A DNA stretch of 64,000 nt from an uncultured virus (IMG/VR IMGVR_UViG_3300031227_008032). Lineage: Duplodnaviria; Heunggongvirae; Uroviricota; Caudoviricetes. Positions within the stretch are counted from its first letter, which is position 1; each line of letters opens with the position of its first letter. The notes beneath the pieces are model-generated. The model was not told where the DNA came from. It saw only the letters and a program-made list of their open reading frames with translations, and made no database searches. Positions 1 through 10,057 of the stretch are shown piece after piece. Made by a program: the position numbers and the translations under genes. The DNA lies in IMG/VR virus record IMGVR_UViG_3300031227_008032; one strand, 5' to 3'.

Positions 1-2
1 CA

Positions 3-3000
3 GTTATAAACTCATATCTTAATGATACACTAGATATAGATGCTCTATCACTAGAGGCATTACAAATAAGTACAGTACCTGGATTTCCAGGAGCATTTGA
101 TGTTGTAATACAAGCATCAGAATTTAACTGGTCTGCTTATCTTCCTTTAGAATCTGATTTTGATTCTACAATATGTTATCCAATTTATAAAATTTGGTGT
201 GAGACATCTACAAAAACACAACCACTTGGACCAGTATTAAATGGAAATATGGCATTTAACATACCAAATGAAGATTATCTTATAGCAATGGCATCCAATA
301 GACAACTAATGTCAGAAGATTTAATGGTTACCACGTTAGAAAAAGATACACAAATAGTAGCTAACGCAATAGACTGGATAGACAATATAAAGCCAGAACT
401 ATATGATACCTTTGGAATATATAAAGGAGATGGGTTACAGAAAAAATGGTCATATCAAGCAGAGGATCTATTAAATTGTAATGGTAAATTTACAGGCTCA
501 TTGTTATTTATAAAACTAGCGCCAGGAACAGTAAAAGTAGAATCTAATCCATCAAATAACAAAGCATCCGCCGAATGGAGATCGTCTTCATCTGATAGTA
601 CAAACACAGTTAGAGCAAATAGCACAGGAACAGAGAATGCTATAATACTAAAATTTACACATCCAGATACTGCCATAAAAGCATTTCAAACAGCAGAAAA
701 AGTATACTATGCTCCTGGTGGATTACGCCTACATACATTACCTAATACAGATAGCAACGGTAATTATCTTACAGAAATAACCTCAGAAGATATTACAGAT
801 GGAGAAGGAAGAGATAAAAGAAGAGATAGCCTTAGAGAAGCTAGAAGTACAGTAGGAAACGCCACAGCACGGGCAAAAGGGCAGGCAGTTCTTAATGATT
901 TAGATAACTGCTATTTCTTATATACAAAGTCTGGACTAAACGCAAGCTCACCAAAAGACACACATCCATTAAGAAGATCACTATCAAATGCTGCTGGACG
1001 AAGTACTAAACAGAAAAAAGTAATACCAGAAGTACTTGAAAAGAAATGGGAACGCATAGAGTTAGATAGTCTTATAGTAGAGAACGTTACTATAGGTATG
1101 GAAAATATTGTAACAAACGCACAATTACAAGCCTCTCCAAAAAATGCCCCTGTTCAACAGTTTATGGGAGCTAGTGATACCTACATAACAATAGCCGGAA
1201 CAATAACAAATGAAGCAGATATTAAATCATTAAAAGAATTAACAGAACGAGTAGACTATTTAGTAAAAACATGTAGGGGAGATGACATAGGAGACTCCTA
1301 TGAAGGATATCTATATATAGCAAATGAGTTATTAGCCCTTGCTGGTGTTACAACAGTACTTCCAGTAAATCTTAATATCATAACAGACCAGGGATTTCCA
1401 GGAACATTTAAAATAGAGTTTTCTTGTATAGATTTTGATCCAATGTCACAATCACGAGAAGATCTTGAAGCGCTAGATGACCCAAACTGGTATATAAAAG
1501 ATATTAGAAACGTAGAAAAATCTAAACTAGAAACACCTACAGACTCATACAAAGAGCATATGATTAGAGCAGAACATTTTCATTCAAAGCTAAGATCATT
1601 ACAGCTATATCCTGATATGAATTTGCCAACATATTCTAAACTACAAAAATGGGTTACAGACTGTAAGGCCGGATCACTAGTAGAAAGTAGCAAATATAGA
1701 TGGGCAATATCAGATGAAGATTTCCCTTGGACACCAGAAATATGTAGTGTATTAGAAACTCCAACAAATATATCTGCCTATGTAGACCCAGACTTTTATG
1801 TACGTCCTTCTTGTCCACCAGGAATAGTCAATCCTTTAGTAGACCCAGTACTAGATAGTTTATTAGGAATAGTACAAGATCCATCAGTAAATTCAAAAGT
1901 AGCAACCTGTGGTGTAAGAAGTAACTACAATGATAAAGCAACAATACCATTTAATGGCAAAATAGATGTAAGCAACGATCCAGCTACATTAGCAACATTC
2001 AAAGCATATGCTGGTATCATGAACAGCATGAACCAAGACACAACATCAAGCGCAGGCCCATCTATACTAACTAGCGATTCAGAGTTATATAAAGCGCGCA
2101 CAAAACTATTAAACAAAGTAAAAACTGTAAAGCCAGGTATTGCTAACTCTAACAGCCAATCGTCACCAATACCAGGACTAACTCCAACCTATGATCCATT
2201 AGCAGAATATTCAAATTCAACAGGACTTAGAATATTACAACTTATACAAAAGTATTCTAAAGAAGAAACTGGAATAACAAGTGTACCTGAAATAATTGCT
2301 ATAAATATGTTTACACTAGAGGGTTATAGTAGCTACACAAAAGACCATGATTCAATAGGGTTAGGACAGCTAAGAAAAAGTACAGCCATACAAGAACTAT
2401 ATAATAAAAAACTCATAACTAAAGAAGAGTATACCAAATGTAATGGCTCCTCTACAGATATAAGAGCAATAGATCATGAATTCGCAATACGAGCTAGTAT
2501 GCTTTATTTAGAACACTGTTATAATCAAATACCTAATATAGGAAAACTACAAATCGCTAAAAATGATTATAGCAAATGGCTAATAGCTCTATCAGCCTAC
2601 AACGCAGGGCCAGGAAAGATAAGAAAACTAGTTAATGACGGTAACACAAAGCCAGTAACAATAAGTAAACTAGCAGGTGTATCTCAACAATATAAAAATA
2701 CAATAGCGGGTATGGCAGCATACGATCCATCTAAAGAACCAGTAAAGAAAACAACAACAGTAGAATCTAAAGATAATAGCAAACTAACCTGGCTTCAAAG
2801 ATGGATAGGTAACGCAAAAGAAAGTAGAGAAGAATATCGTAGTTGGGAAGAGGGAGTAAGAGCTGAAGTAGAGAAAACACCATTACGTGAAAGATTACAA
2901 AACCTTAATAAAGAATTAGTAACTGAACTTTATGTGGATAAATCAACACCTCAGAATATTAGAACATTCATGGACTCTTTTATACGAGAAGATAAACAAG

Positions 3001-6000
3001 ACATGTTCTATGATATGAGAAACTATACTCCGGCTAATAGATTACTAACTGCCTTTCCAACATATTGTGTATTGTTAGTAGATGGAGGACGTTGGCTTCG
3101 ATTCCATAGATTATATGATCACTGGTATGGAATGACAGCAATACAATCAATAGAAATACACAAAACAAGAAAAGGCCCAGTAGATACAGCACTAATAACA
3201 TTCTCAAATATGTTCCATCATTTAACAAAGCTAAGTACAGAAGATCCTGTAATACCAACTGTAAAATGGGGAATACAAAGTATAACACAAGGCACAGTGG
3301 ACTCATTACTACATAATACAGGAGATGACGTATTTTTAGAATGGTCTAAACACGTAAATTCAATGTTACTAAAGGCTGGAACACGGGTTCATATTCGTAT
3401 GGGTTCGGGAGGAAATGCGAACAAGCTTCCTGTTGTATTTAATGGGGTAATATCAGAAGTACCTCCAGGAGATGAAGCTGTTACAGTCGTAGCGCTATCA
3501 GATGGTATAGAGTTAGATAAACAACTAATACAAAAAGACCCAAACCTAGTAAAAGAAGAAGGAGGTATAGAATACAAATCATATACTTGGCTTGGCCAAG
3601 GAGTACAACCTCGTGAATTAATTATGAAAGTAATGACTCCAACCAGACCTTATGATTGGTTAAAAGAAAGCTTTAAATTTAAACAAGATAATCCATATGG
3701 TATAGCACACTTTGGGTCACCAACACGTTCTACATTATTTAAGTCAGAAGCAGAGGTTGGAATGAATACATATAGAGCAGACAAAAAAGGATTACTGGAA
3801 GATAGGATGTACGCAGAATCATCTGCTGGTGAATCTTATTATAACATACTTGGATTGCTTGACGGTATTGATGGAAGTGATACAAAAATAGGATTATCTA
3901 TAACAGACGCAACTCCATGGAAAGTTATAAAAACATGTACAGACATAGCTCCAGAATACATATGTGCCGTATATCCATTTGAACTAAGAAGTACATTATT
4001 TTATGGAAAACCGCACTGGGTTCTACACTATGAATACACAGCAGAATATCTAGCAAAAGCAAAACGAGAAGAAGTACAATATGGAAAAGGAGAAGTGGCT
4101 TATCCTGAAAACTGGAAACCTGATGATGTAACTTTACAAAAACCATTTAGACAAGTACGTGTAATTTCATCTATCTGTAATCTAATAGATAACAAAATAA
4201 AAAGTTCAGATAAAATACATACCATCTGCCAAGCAATGTCAAAATTCAATGGTACAATAGCTAAAGATAACTCACCGAGTTGGTCTAATATGATGTACTT
4301 AGACACAGATATCTATCCAGAACATCAGAAAATATTATACACATCATCAGGACTATATGCTACAACAGCACAAAACGCTCAAGATATACTTCCACTTAAC
4401 TTCCATTTACTAACTGGGTACTATACAAGAAAATCTACTAACAACGCAGCAGTAAGCATACTAATGGATTCTGTAAAAGATATGTATCAAGGGCATTTAG
4501 TTATATTAGGAGATCCAAGTATAAAGCCCTATGATAGAGCATATTTAGCAGATGATCAAATAGATATGTATGGCCTCATAGACGTAAAAGAAGTAACACA
4601 ACACTTCAGTTATGAATCTGGATTTATTACAACAGTATCCCCTGATTTAGTACTATCAGCAATTGATCAAGCAGATCAAACATCATGGGCATGGATACAA
4701 ATGATGGGATCAAGATATGTAAGTGCTATAGCAATGCAACAAGTTGCTTCTATACTAATAAAAACAGGAACACTAAGATTTGTAGGTAATATACTTCTTT
4801 CAGCAATACTAAAATTAGGAAGACAATCCTCAAATCCAGTAGCAATATCAGCAAGAAACATATTATTAGATACATTACTATCTCCAATAAAAACTTTAAA
4901 AGAGTGGAAAGGAATTGGCTATGAAGAAATGATAAAACGAATGACTGCTGGAGACTCAGAAATAATAAAAGCAGTAGATAAAGGCTTAGAAAAATATGGA
5001 CCACGACGAATAAAAGATCTTGCAACAAATAAACACATAATAAAAGCAAAAGCCTATCTGGGAACATCGTGGACAAAATTTAAAACATGGCATGACTCTG
5101 TAGGATTTATAGAAACATGTAAAAGCGTAGGAAAAGAAGCAAAAGCGTCAGGAATAAAAGCAGCTTTCACAAAAATTAAAGCAAATCCAAAAGCATTTGC
5201 AACAGCAGGAAAACGAATAAAGCTACCAACAGCATCCGCAAGTATAGTAAAAGCAATAAAAAATGGAGTATGGATTATACTGGCAGGTGGAATTGTTGAA
5301 TGGCTTAATAGAGGGCACGCAGCAAGACAAGCATTAATTCTAAGACCACTTCTTATAAATGGAAAGCCATTTACAGCTGGTATAAATGGACACGCGGGTT
5401 CAGTACTGGGAGATGAGATTGGAGTATGGGACGGTATTCTTTCAGCACTTACAAATTGGGATTACCAAGCTAAACACAATCTAGGATTCATGGGCAAAGC
5501 AGGCAACGACTATGCAGCATTCATTGGAGGTAGTGGAGGATCCTTTTCAGATTATATTTATGGACTTGGGGCACTAATCAATAACGTAATAGGAGTAAAA
5601 CCACTACATTACGATACGTCACAAGCACTTGAAACAACAGACCTCGGCCCAATACAAACTCCAGCATCATTCTTAGGATCAGAAAGAGTAGGAACAATAG
5701 TAGACTCTCCAGCATCATTTGGAAATCCTTTACCACAAGAGCCTTATACAGGAGGAGAACGATGGTGTGGTAGATATGTTACAGATCTAATGCACTTATA
5801 CGGATGGAAAGGCCCATACGATAATAAACCACTTGGACAAAATACATCTCATGTAAGTACACCATGGAATGATTCTACATACGGAACTAAAGTTAACAAA
5901 CCATCTTCAGTAAAAGGCTTCGATAGAGCACTAGAATCAGGAATGATTATTTGTCTTAACAAAGGCCAATCAGATCAACACTTTGCTATGATTTATAAAA

Positions 6001-6116
6001 ATCAACAAGGACAATGGAAATTAAATGAATTATCTGAAGGACGTGTAAGTACAAGCAGAAATCTTAGCAGCGTATTCAATAGGGTTTCTTGGATAGCATC
6101 TCCAAAATATAATTAA
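3..6116 (+). CDS. Giant baseplate hub / tail-associated lysin, 5'-truncated by the window; SLT-like and C-terminal CHAP/NlpC-like domains
   Basis: The frame of the 249..6116 ORF is open back to nt 3 (VINSYLNDTLD...). SLT motifs TLEG / GLGQL / ALSAYNAGPG lie at about 2310-2615. Hub-like segments include GTRVHIRMG...VFNGVISEV and YQGHLVILGDPSIKPYD. The C-terminus has a WCGRYV...HFAMI Cys/His pair. It lies directly upstream of spike, gp25 and J genes. Confidence 0.75.
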   Translation, partial: VINSYLNDTLDIDALSLEALQISTVPGFPGAFDVVIQASEFNWSAYLPLESDFDSTICYPIYKIWCETSTKTQPLGPVLNGNMAFNIPNEDYLIAMASNRQLMSEDLMVTTLEKDTQIVANAIDWIDNIKPELYDTFGIYKGDGLQKKWSYQAEDLLNCNGKFTGSLLFIKLAPGTVKVESNPSNNKASAEWRSSSSDSTNTVRANSTGTENAIILKFTHPDTAIKAFQTAEKVYYAPGGLRLHTLPNTDSNGNYLTEITSEDITDGEGRDKRRDSLREARSTVGNATARAKGQAVLNDLDNCYFLYTKSGLNASSPKDTHPLRRSLSNAAGRSTKQKKVIPEVLEKKWERIELDSLIVENVTIGMENIVTNAQLQASPKNAPVQQFMGASDTYITIAGTITNEADIKSLKELTERVDYLVKTCRGDDIGDSYEGYLYIANELLALAGVTTVLPVNLNIITDQGFPGTFKIEFSCIDFDPMSQSREDLEALDDPNWYIKDIRNVEKSKLETPTDSYKEHMIRAEHFHSKLRSLQLYPDMNLPTYSKLQKWVTDCKAGSLVESSKYRWAISDEDFPWTPEICSVLETPTNISAYVDPDFYVRPSCPPGIVNPLVDPVLDSLLGIVQDPSVNSKVATCGVRSNYNDKATIPFNGKIDVSNDPATLATFKAYAGIMNSMNQDTTSSAGPSILTSDSELYKARTKLLNKVKTVKPGIANSNSQSSPIPGLTPTYDPLAEYSNSTGLRILQLIQKYSKEETGITSVPEIIAINMFTLEGYSSYTKDHDSIGLGQLRKSTAIQELYNKKLITKEEYTKCNGSSTDIRAIDHEFAIRASMLYLEHCYNQIPNIGKLQIAKNDYSKWLIALSAYNAGPGKIRKLVNDGNTKPVTISKLAGVSQQYKNTIAGMAAYDPSKEPVKKTTTVESKDNSKLTWLQRWIGNAKESREEYRSWEEGVRAEVEKTPLRERLQNLNKELVTELYVDKSTPQNIRTFMDSFIREDKQDMFYDMRNYTPANRLLTAFPTYCVLLVDGGRWLRFHRLYDHWYGMTAIQSIEIHKTRKGPVDTALITFSNMFHHLTKLSTEDPVIPTVKWGIQSITQGTVDSLLHNTGDDVFLEWSKHVNSMLLKAGTRVHIRMGSGGNANKLPVVFNGVISEVPPGDEAVTVVALSDGIELDKQLIQKDPNLVKEEGGIEYKSYTWLGQGVQPRELIMKVMTPTRPYDWLKESFKFKQDNPYGIAHFGSPTRSTLFKSEAEVGMNTYRADKKGLLEDRMYAESSAGESYYNILGLLDGIDGSDTKIGLSITDATPWKVIKTCTDIAPEYICAVYPFELRSTLFYGKPHWVLHYEYTAEYLAKAKREEVQYGKGEVAYPENWKPDDVTLQKPFRQVRVISSICNLIDNKIKSSDKIHTICQAMSKFNGTIAKDNSPSWSNMMYLDTDIYPEHQKILYTSSGLYATTAQNAQDILPLNFHLLTGYYTRKSTNNAAVSILMDSVKDMYQGHLVILGDPSIKPYDRAYLADDQIDMYGLIDVKEVTQHFSYESGFITTVSPDLVLSAIDQADQTSWAWIQMMGSRYVSAIAMQQVASILIKTGTLRFVGNILLSAILKLGRQSSNPVAISARNILLDTLLSPIKTLKEWKGIGYEEMIKRMTAGDSEIIKAVDKGLEKYGPRRIKDLATNKHIIKAKAYLGTSWTKFKTWHDSVGFIETCKSVGKEAKASGIKAAFTKIKANPKAFATAGKRIKLPTASASIVKAIKNGVWIILAGGIVEWLNRGHAARQALILRPLLINGKPFTAGINGHAGSVLGDEIGVWDGILSALTNWDYQAKHNLGFMGKAGNDYAAFIGGSGGSFSDYIYGLGALINNVIGVKPLHYDTSQALETTDLGPIQTPASFLGSERVGTIVDSPASFGNPLPQEPYTGGERWCGRYVTDLMHLYGWKGPYDNKPLGQNTSHVSTPWNDSTYGTKVNKPSSVKGFDRALESGMIICLNKGQSDQHFAMIYKNQQGQWKLNELSEGRVSTSRNLSSVFNRVSWIASPKYN

Positions 6117-6144
6117 AATATTTTATAAATTATGCAAAATTTAC

Positions 6145-6173
6145 TTCACTTTTTTAACAAAATGTGGTATAAT
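6145..6173 (+). promoter_or_regulatory. Sigma70/SigA-type promoter with extended -10
   Basis: TTCACT-17 nt-TATAAT, with TGTG immediately upstream of the -10 (TGTGGTATAAT), in the intergenic gap before 6202. Confidence 0.6.
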
Positions 6174-6201
6174 ATAGTATAGTAAGGTACACACATAGCA
6201 T

Positions 6202-6576
6202 ATGCCAAAGTTTAAAGAAACACTCCAACAACTTATAAAAGAAAATATATCAACAGTACATATGCCTATATACGGTGTAGTTAAATCGTTTGATAGTAAA
6301 ACAGCAGTAGCCCATGTTAGACTTCTACAGGATAAGGGTAGTGGAGAAGAAACAATACAATTACATTGGCCACAATCATCTAAAGGATACAGAGTACAAG
6401 ACCCAGAACCAGATACAAACGTAATAATATGTTTTGTAAATGGAGATAGATCACAGCCAATGTTACTAATGAGTTTTGATCCATATTATGAATCTGTAAC
6501 AAGAGAAGAAAATAGTACTCCAGATAGAGTAACACGCATAGATAAAGATAGTTTAACACAAAAAGGTTTATTTTAA
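6202..6576 (+). CDS. Baseplate spike / gpV-like OB-fold protein
   Basis: GVVKSFD...AHVRL...P-EPDTNVIICFVNGDRSQPML matches the gpV/gp5 OB-fold pattern; positioned between hub and gp25. Confidence 0.65.
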   Translation: MPKFKETLQQLIKENISTVHMPIYGVVKSFDSKTAVAHVRLLQDKGSGEETIQLHWPQSSKGYRVQDPEPDTNVIICFVNGDRSQPMLLMSFDPYYESVTREENSTPDRVTRIDKDSLTQKGLF

Positions 6577-7118
6577 TGGATACCGCCTTACAACAAAAAG
6601 TAATAGCAAATAAAATAAAAGAACTAACTGAAGATAAAACTCCAGAACAATTAGCAAAAAACCAAGAGTATCAAAGTCCCACAGAAGTTGGAATGAAAAA
6701 CGCCCTTACCGGAGATGGTATATGGGTAAGGGACGATAATTGTATAGAGATAAGAGCAGGAAGCAGTTACATACTAATAGATGGAGAATCTGGGCAAATA
6801 ACTATAAATGGAGAAACAATAGCAACTAACGTATCTTCGTTACATTTAAACACAAATCCAGGAGAAGTAAATATTGGAGGCAAAGCATTAAACCCAATAT
6901 GGAATTCAGGAATAACTTCTCTTCTAAATAGAAGTGCTCTAACACCTACACCGGCAGCAATTCCATTAAGTATAGTAACTAAACCTCTTGGTGGTGGGCC
7001 AGATATCCCAATGCCGTTTTTATCTTTATTTACTCCTACCCCATTATTTATAAACTCCTTACAAAGTATTAACACAGCATCCATCGTACAAAAAATATTA
7101 GAGGAACACATTAAGTAA
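6576..7118 (+). CDS. Probable baseplate spike C-terminal (beta-strand repeat) protein
   Basis: Short beta repeats (IEIRAGSSYILIDGESGQITINGETI); translationally coupled to the gpV-like gene. Confidence 0.45.
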   Translation: MDTALQQKVIANKIKELTEDKTPEQLAKNQEYQSPTEVGMKNALTGDGIWVRDDNCIEIRAGSSYILIDGESGQITINGETIATNVSSLHLNTNPGEVNIGGKALNPIWNSGITSLLNRSALTPTPAAIPLSIVTKPLGGGPDIPMPFLSLFTPTPLFINSLQSINTASIVQKILEEHIK

Positions 7119-7520
7119 ATGCCAAGAAAAGATGTACATTTAAACTCAGATGGGGATATAGAAATCGGATATGATGGAGATATAAAATACTCTCTTGGTG
7201 ATGATGTATTAGTAGAAAATGTAATTTTTAGACTAAAGACATATATTGGAGACTATACATTAGAACCTTACTGCGGAGCAAGTTTAGAGGACTTTATTGG
7301 AGAACCAAATACAAGAGAAATAGGAAACGCATTAGCAGAACAAATAACTAATGCATTGACTCATGATAATTTTTTAACTGTAGATGATTTTTCTCTAAGA
7401 GTTGTACCAATCAATACTGTAGAAATAATGATAGCAATAGTTCTAAAAGGAGAAACAGGAAACTATACAATTACTGCTTCTCTTGATTTACGAACTGGAT
7501 ATATTAATGTAACCACATAA
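7119..7520 (+). CDS. gp25/gpW-like baseplate wedge (sheath initiator) protein
   Basis: GDI...GDI...ENVIFRLKT..GD...P..GASLEDFIGEP motif; 133 aa; baseplate context. Confidence 0.8.
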   Translation: MPRKDVHLNSDGDIEIGYDGDIKYSLGDDVLVENVIFRLKTYIGDYTLEPYCGASLEDFIGEPNTREIGNALAEQITNALTHDNFLTVDDFSLRVVPINTVEIMIAIVLKGETGNYTITASLDLRTGYINVTT

Positions 7521-7531
7521 TCTGGGAGGAT
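7520..7531 (+). repeat. 12-mer ATCTGGGAGGAT (extended Shine-Dalgarno), copy 1 of 3
   Basis: Identical copies at 7520-7531, 50488-50499 and 58485-58496, each just upstream of a start codon. Confidence 0.8.
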
Positions 7532-7539
7532 TAGAGCAA

Positions 7540-8700
7540 TTGAGAAAGAACTTTTCGGGACTAAAAGTAGTAGGATTTAGAGCTGATGAAACAGCATGTG
7601 GTTTATTACGAATTCAATATCCACTTGATTATTTAGCAAAACTTGGAGCAACAACACAGGTAGTAACAAAAGTAAATTTTGCTGAACTACAATGGGCAGA
7701 TTATATAATAGCACAGCGGCAATATAACGAAAATGTAGTAGACTCTTTAAAACATTTAAAAGATACCGGTATAACAATAATATATGAAGTTGATGACGCA
7801 CTAAACGCAGTACACATAGACTCACCAGCATATAGAGTATATCATCAAGGAACAAAAGAACTAAAAAAAGCACATGAAATGATAGCAGAATCTCATGGGC
7901 TAACAGTATCTACACCAGAGCTGGCTGCTGAATATCTACATCTTAATAGAAATACATTCGTAGTACCAAACGCAATAGATTTTGATATAAGAGATTGGAC
8001 TACGAGAGTAACAAATAGAGATCCAGACCTTACAGTAGGATGGTCTGGGGGAACGACACACCAGCGAGATATGCCTATTCTTGGAGAAATTGTTAAAGGA
8101 ATTCTAACAAAATACAAGCATATAAAGTTTGGAATTTGTACTAACAAGATGTTGGCAGAGCAAGCAATAGAATCTTGGAATGTTCCTTCAGAAATAGTAG
8201 ACCGTATAATACTTATAAAAGATGCTCCAATAGATGTATACCCACAAGTATTAAGCCACTTCGATATAGGTGTAGCGCCAATAGCAAACACTACATTTAA
8301 TAGAGCAAAAAGTCCACTTAAATTAATGGAGATGGGTAGCTGGGGTATACCTTATGTAGCAAGTAAAGTTGCTCCTTATCAGCGCTATATAGACCAAGGA
8401 GTAGATGGATACACAGCAAACACAACACCAGAATGGATAGAGAAACTATCTATACTTATTGAAGACGAAACAAAGCGTAGAGAAATGGGAGAAGCAGCAC
8501 AAACCAAAGTAAGAGAACACCACGACTACGCAAAGAATATAGGTAAGTGGGCAGATACTTGGGAAGCAATACGATATAATGCTTCAATAGGAGATGTAGG
8601 CCCAGGCCCAGTAGTAAATACCGAAATTGGTCGTAACTCTCCTTGTCCTTGTGGCAGTGGTAAAAAGTACAAACAGTGTTGTTACCCCGCCTGGAGCTAA
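7540..8700 (+). CDS. GT-B (GT4-like) glycosyltransferase with C-terminal SEC-C metal-binding motif
   Basis: GCGxxR-like ACGLLRI, YEVDD, VSTPELA, VGWSGG.TH..D, DIGVAP...FNRAKSPLKLMEMG; ends GRNSPCPCGSGKKYKQCC. TTG start with a strong GGGAGG RBS. Confidence 0.88.
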   Translation: MRKNFSGLKVVGFRADETACGLLRIQYPLDYLAKLGATTQVVTKVNFAELQWADYIIAQRQYNENVVDSLKHLKDTGITIIYEVDDALNAVHIDSPAYRVYHQGTKELKKAHEMIAESHGLTVSTPELAAEYLHLNRNTFVVPNAIDFDIRDWTTRVTNRDPDLTVGWSGGTTHQRDMPILGEIVKGILTKYKHIKFGICTNKMLAEQAIESWNVPSEIVDRIILIKDAPIDVYPQVLSHFDIGVAPIANTTFNRAKSPLKLMEMGSWGIPYVASKVAPYQRYIDQGVDGYTANTTPEWIEKLSILIEDETKRREMGEAAQTKVREHHDYAKNIGKWADTWEAIRYNASIGDVGPGPVVNTEIGRNSPCPCGSGKKYKQCCYPAWS

Positions 8701-8917
8701 TATTATTATGACAACAAATACACATACAAAAATTACAGATTCCATAGTAAAAAAAATACAAGCAAAGATAAAAAAAACGCCTTAACATTCCAGATAACGT
8801 AGAATTGACTGACGAATGGAGACGTAAACATCTTAGCAGACATGGATAAAACAACATAATAAAGATATAATACAGTTTCACGATGATTACTTAAACAACA
8901 AGGAGAAATAATCTTAT

Positions 8918-9247
8918 ATGCTCTCAAAACTATTAAAGCTTTTAGTTGTATTCATAATAGTATTAGCTCCTGCTGCTAGATGTAATGAGACAATACTTAT
9001 AGCAGATACAACAACAACCAAAGAAACAGTAATAGAAAAAATACAACTCATACATTCAAATCCAACAGATCTCTTAACAATATTAAGAAGAGTAGATAGT
9101 AGAATCTACAATAAAAAAGAATTAAACAAAATAGTATCTATTACAGAAAGTAATCAACCAAACATAGAAACCAAAGTTTCCATAGAGAAAACAACTGTTA
9201 ATTCTCAAGACATAGATACTTATGAAGAAGATGAAATAAACAACTAA
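8918..9247 (+). CDS. Hypothetical protein with N-terminal signal peptide
   Basis: MLSKLLKLLVVFIIVLAPAARC hydrophobic leader; AGGAG RBS upstream. Confidence 0.6.
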   Translation: MLSKLLKLLVVFIIVLAPAARCNETILIADTTTTKETVIEKIQLIHSNPTDLLTILRRVDSRIYNKKELNKIVSITESNQPNIETKVSIEKTTVNSQDIDTYEEDEINN

Positions 9248-9268
9248 CTATTATTAAAGGAAACACAA

Positions 9269-9733
9269 ATGAAAAAGCTTATAAAGAGCATAATAATGGG
9301 CTGCTCTATACCATTATTTATACTACAGTTAGGTACTCCACTTTGTGCTTGTGCTGAATTAACTGTAGATGTAAAAAGCTCAAAACCAGTTATAAAACCA
9401 GGAGAGCAAGTAACTATTACATCTACCACAAAAAATAATTCAGTTCCAAGACCACCAATAGAGATAACTACTTCAATAACATGGACAGATGAATATGACA
9501 ACCTTAAAGAAGTAACAGCAGAAACAACTTTACCTGTTGTTATACCTAACCGAATTAGTAAGATATTATTTTTATTACCAGCCAATTGCTCATATATACA
9601 AGATTCAGCAATAATAGCTGGAATACCGGTAACTGTTTTAGACCAATCAGGTAGCCTAATTTTAAATTCTACTGATATTATTCTCTATGAACAAGAATCA
9701 ATAGACGCACAAATATCTGTAATAGCTAACTAA
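9269..9733 (+). CDS. Secreted Ig-like (DUF11-like) protein
   Basis: Signal peptide followed by V.SSKPVIKPGEQVTIT.T.KN and LPANCSYIQDSA.I.G, a DUF11/Ig-like pattern. Confidence 0.5.
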   Translation: MKKLIKSIIMGCSIPLFILQLGTPLCACAELTVDVKSSKPVIKPGEQVTITSTTKNNSVPRPPIEITTSITWTDEYDNLKEVTAETTLPVVIPNRISKILFLLPANCSYIQDSAIIAGIPVTVLDQSGSLILNSTDIILYEQESIDAQISVIAN

Positions 9734-9744
9734 AAAATATCAAA

Positions 9745-10053
9745 ATGTCTATACACAAAAATAAAAAGAACCAATGGAATAACTCTGATTTTTCAAGAGG
9801 AATGTGGATTCCTCCAGAATATACAGATGGTTATAAAGTTATATGTAAGTACTGTGGTAACATCTCCTACTTTCCAAATACAGAACCTCATACAAATAAT
9901 ACTTGGTTAATACATTGTAACGAGTGTAGACATATAACTCCAGTAAGTTTTCCAAGAACATATAGTAAAGCCTCTAAAGCTACATACACACTTATAAATG
10001 ACACAGAAGATTACTTAACAGAAGACACATTCTGGAGGAAGAAAGAAAACTAA
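9745..10053 (+). CDS. Zinc-ribbon protein
   Basis: CKYC...CNEC cysteine pairs. Confidence 0.6.
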   Translation: MSIHKNKKNQWNNSDFSRGMWIPPEYTDGYKVICKYCGNISYFPNTEPHTNNTWLIHCNECRHITPVSFPRTYSKASKATYTLINDTEDYLTEDTFWRKKEN

Positions 10054-10057
10054 CAAC

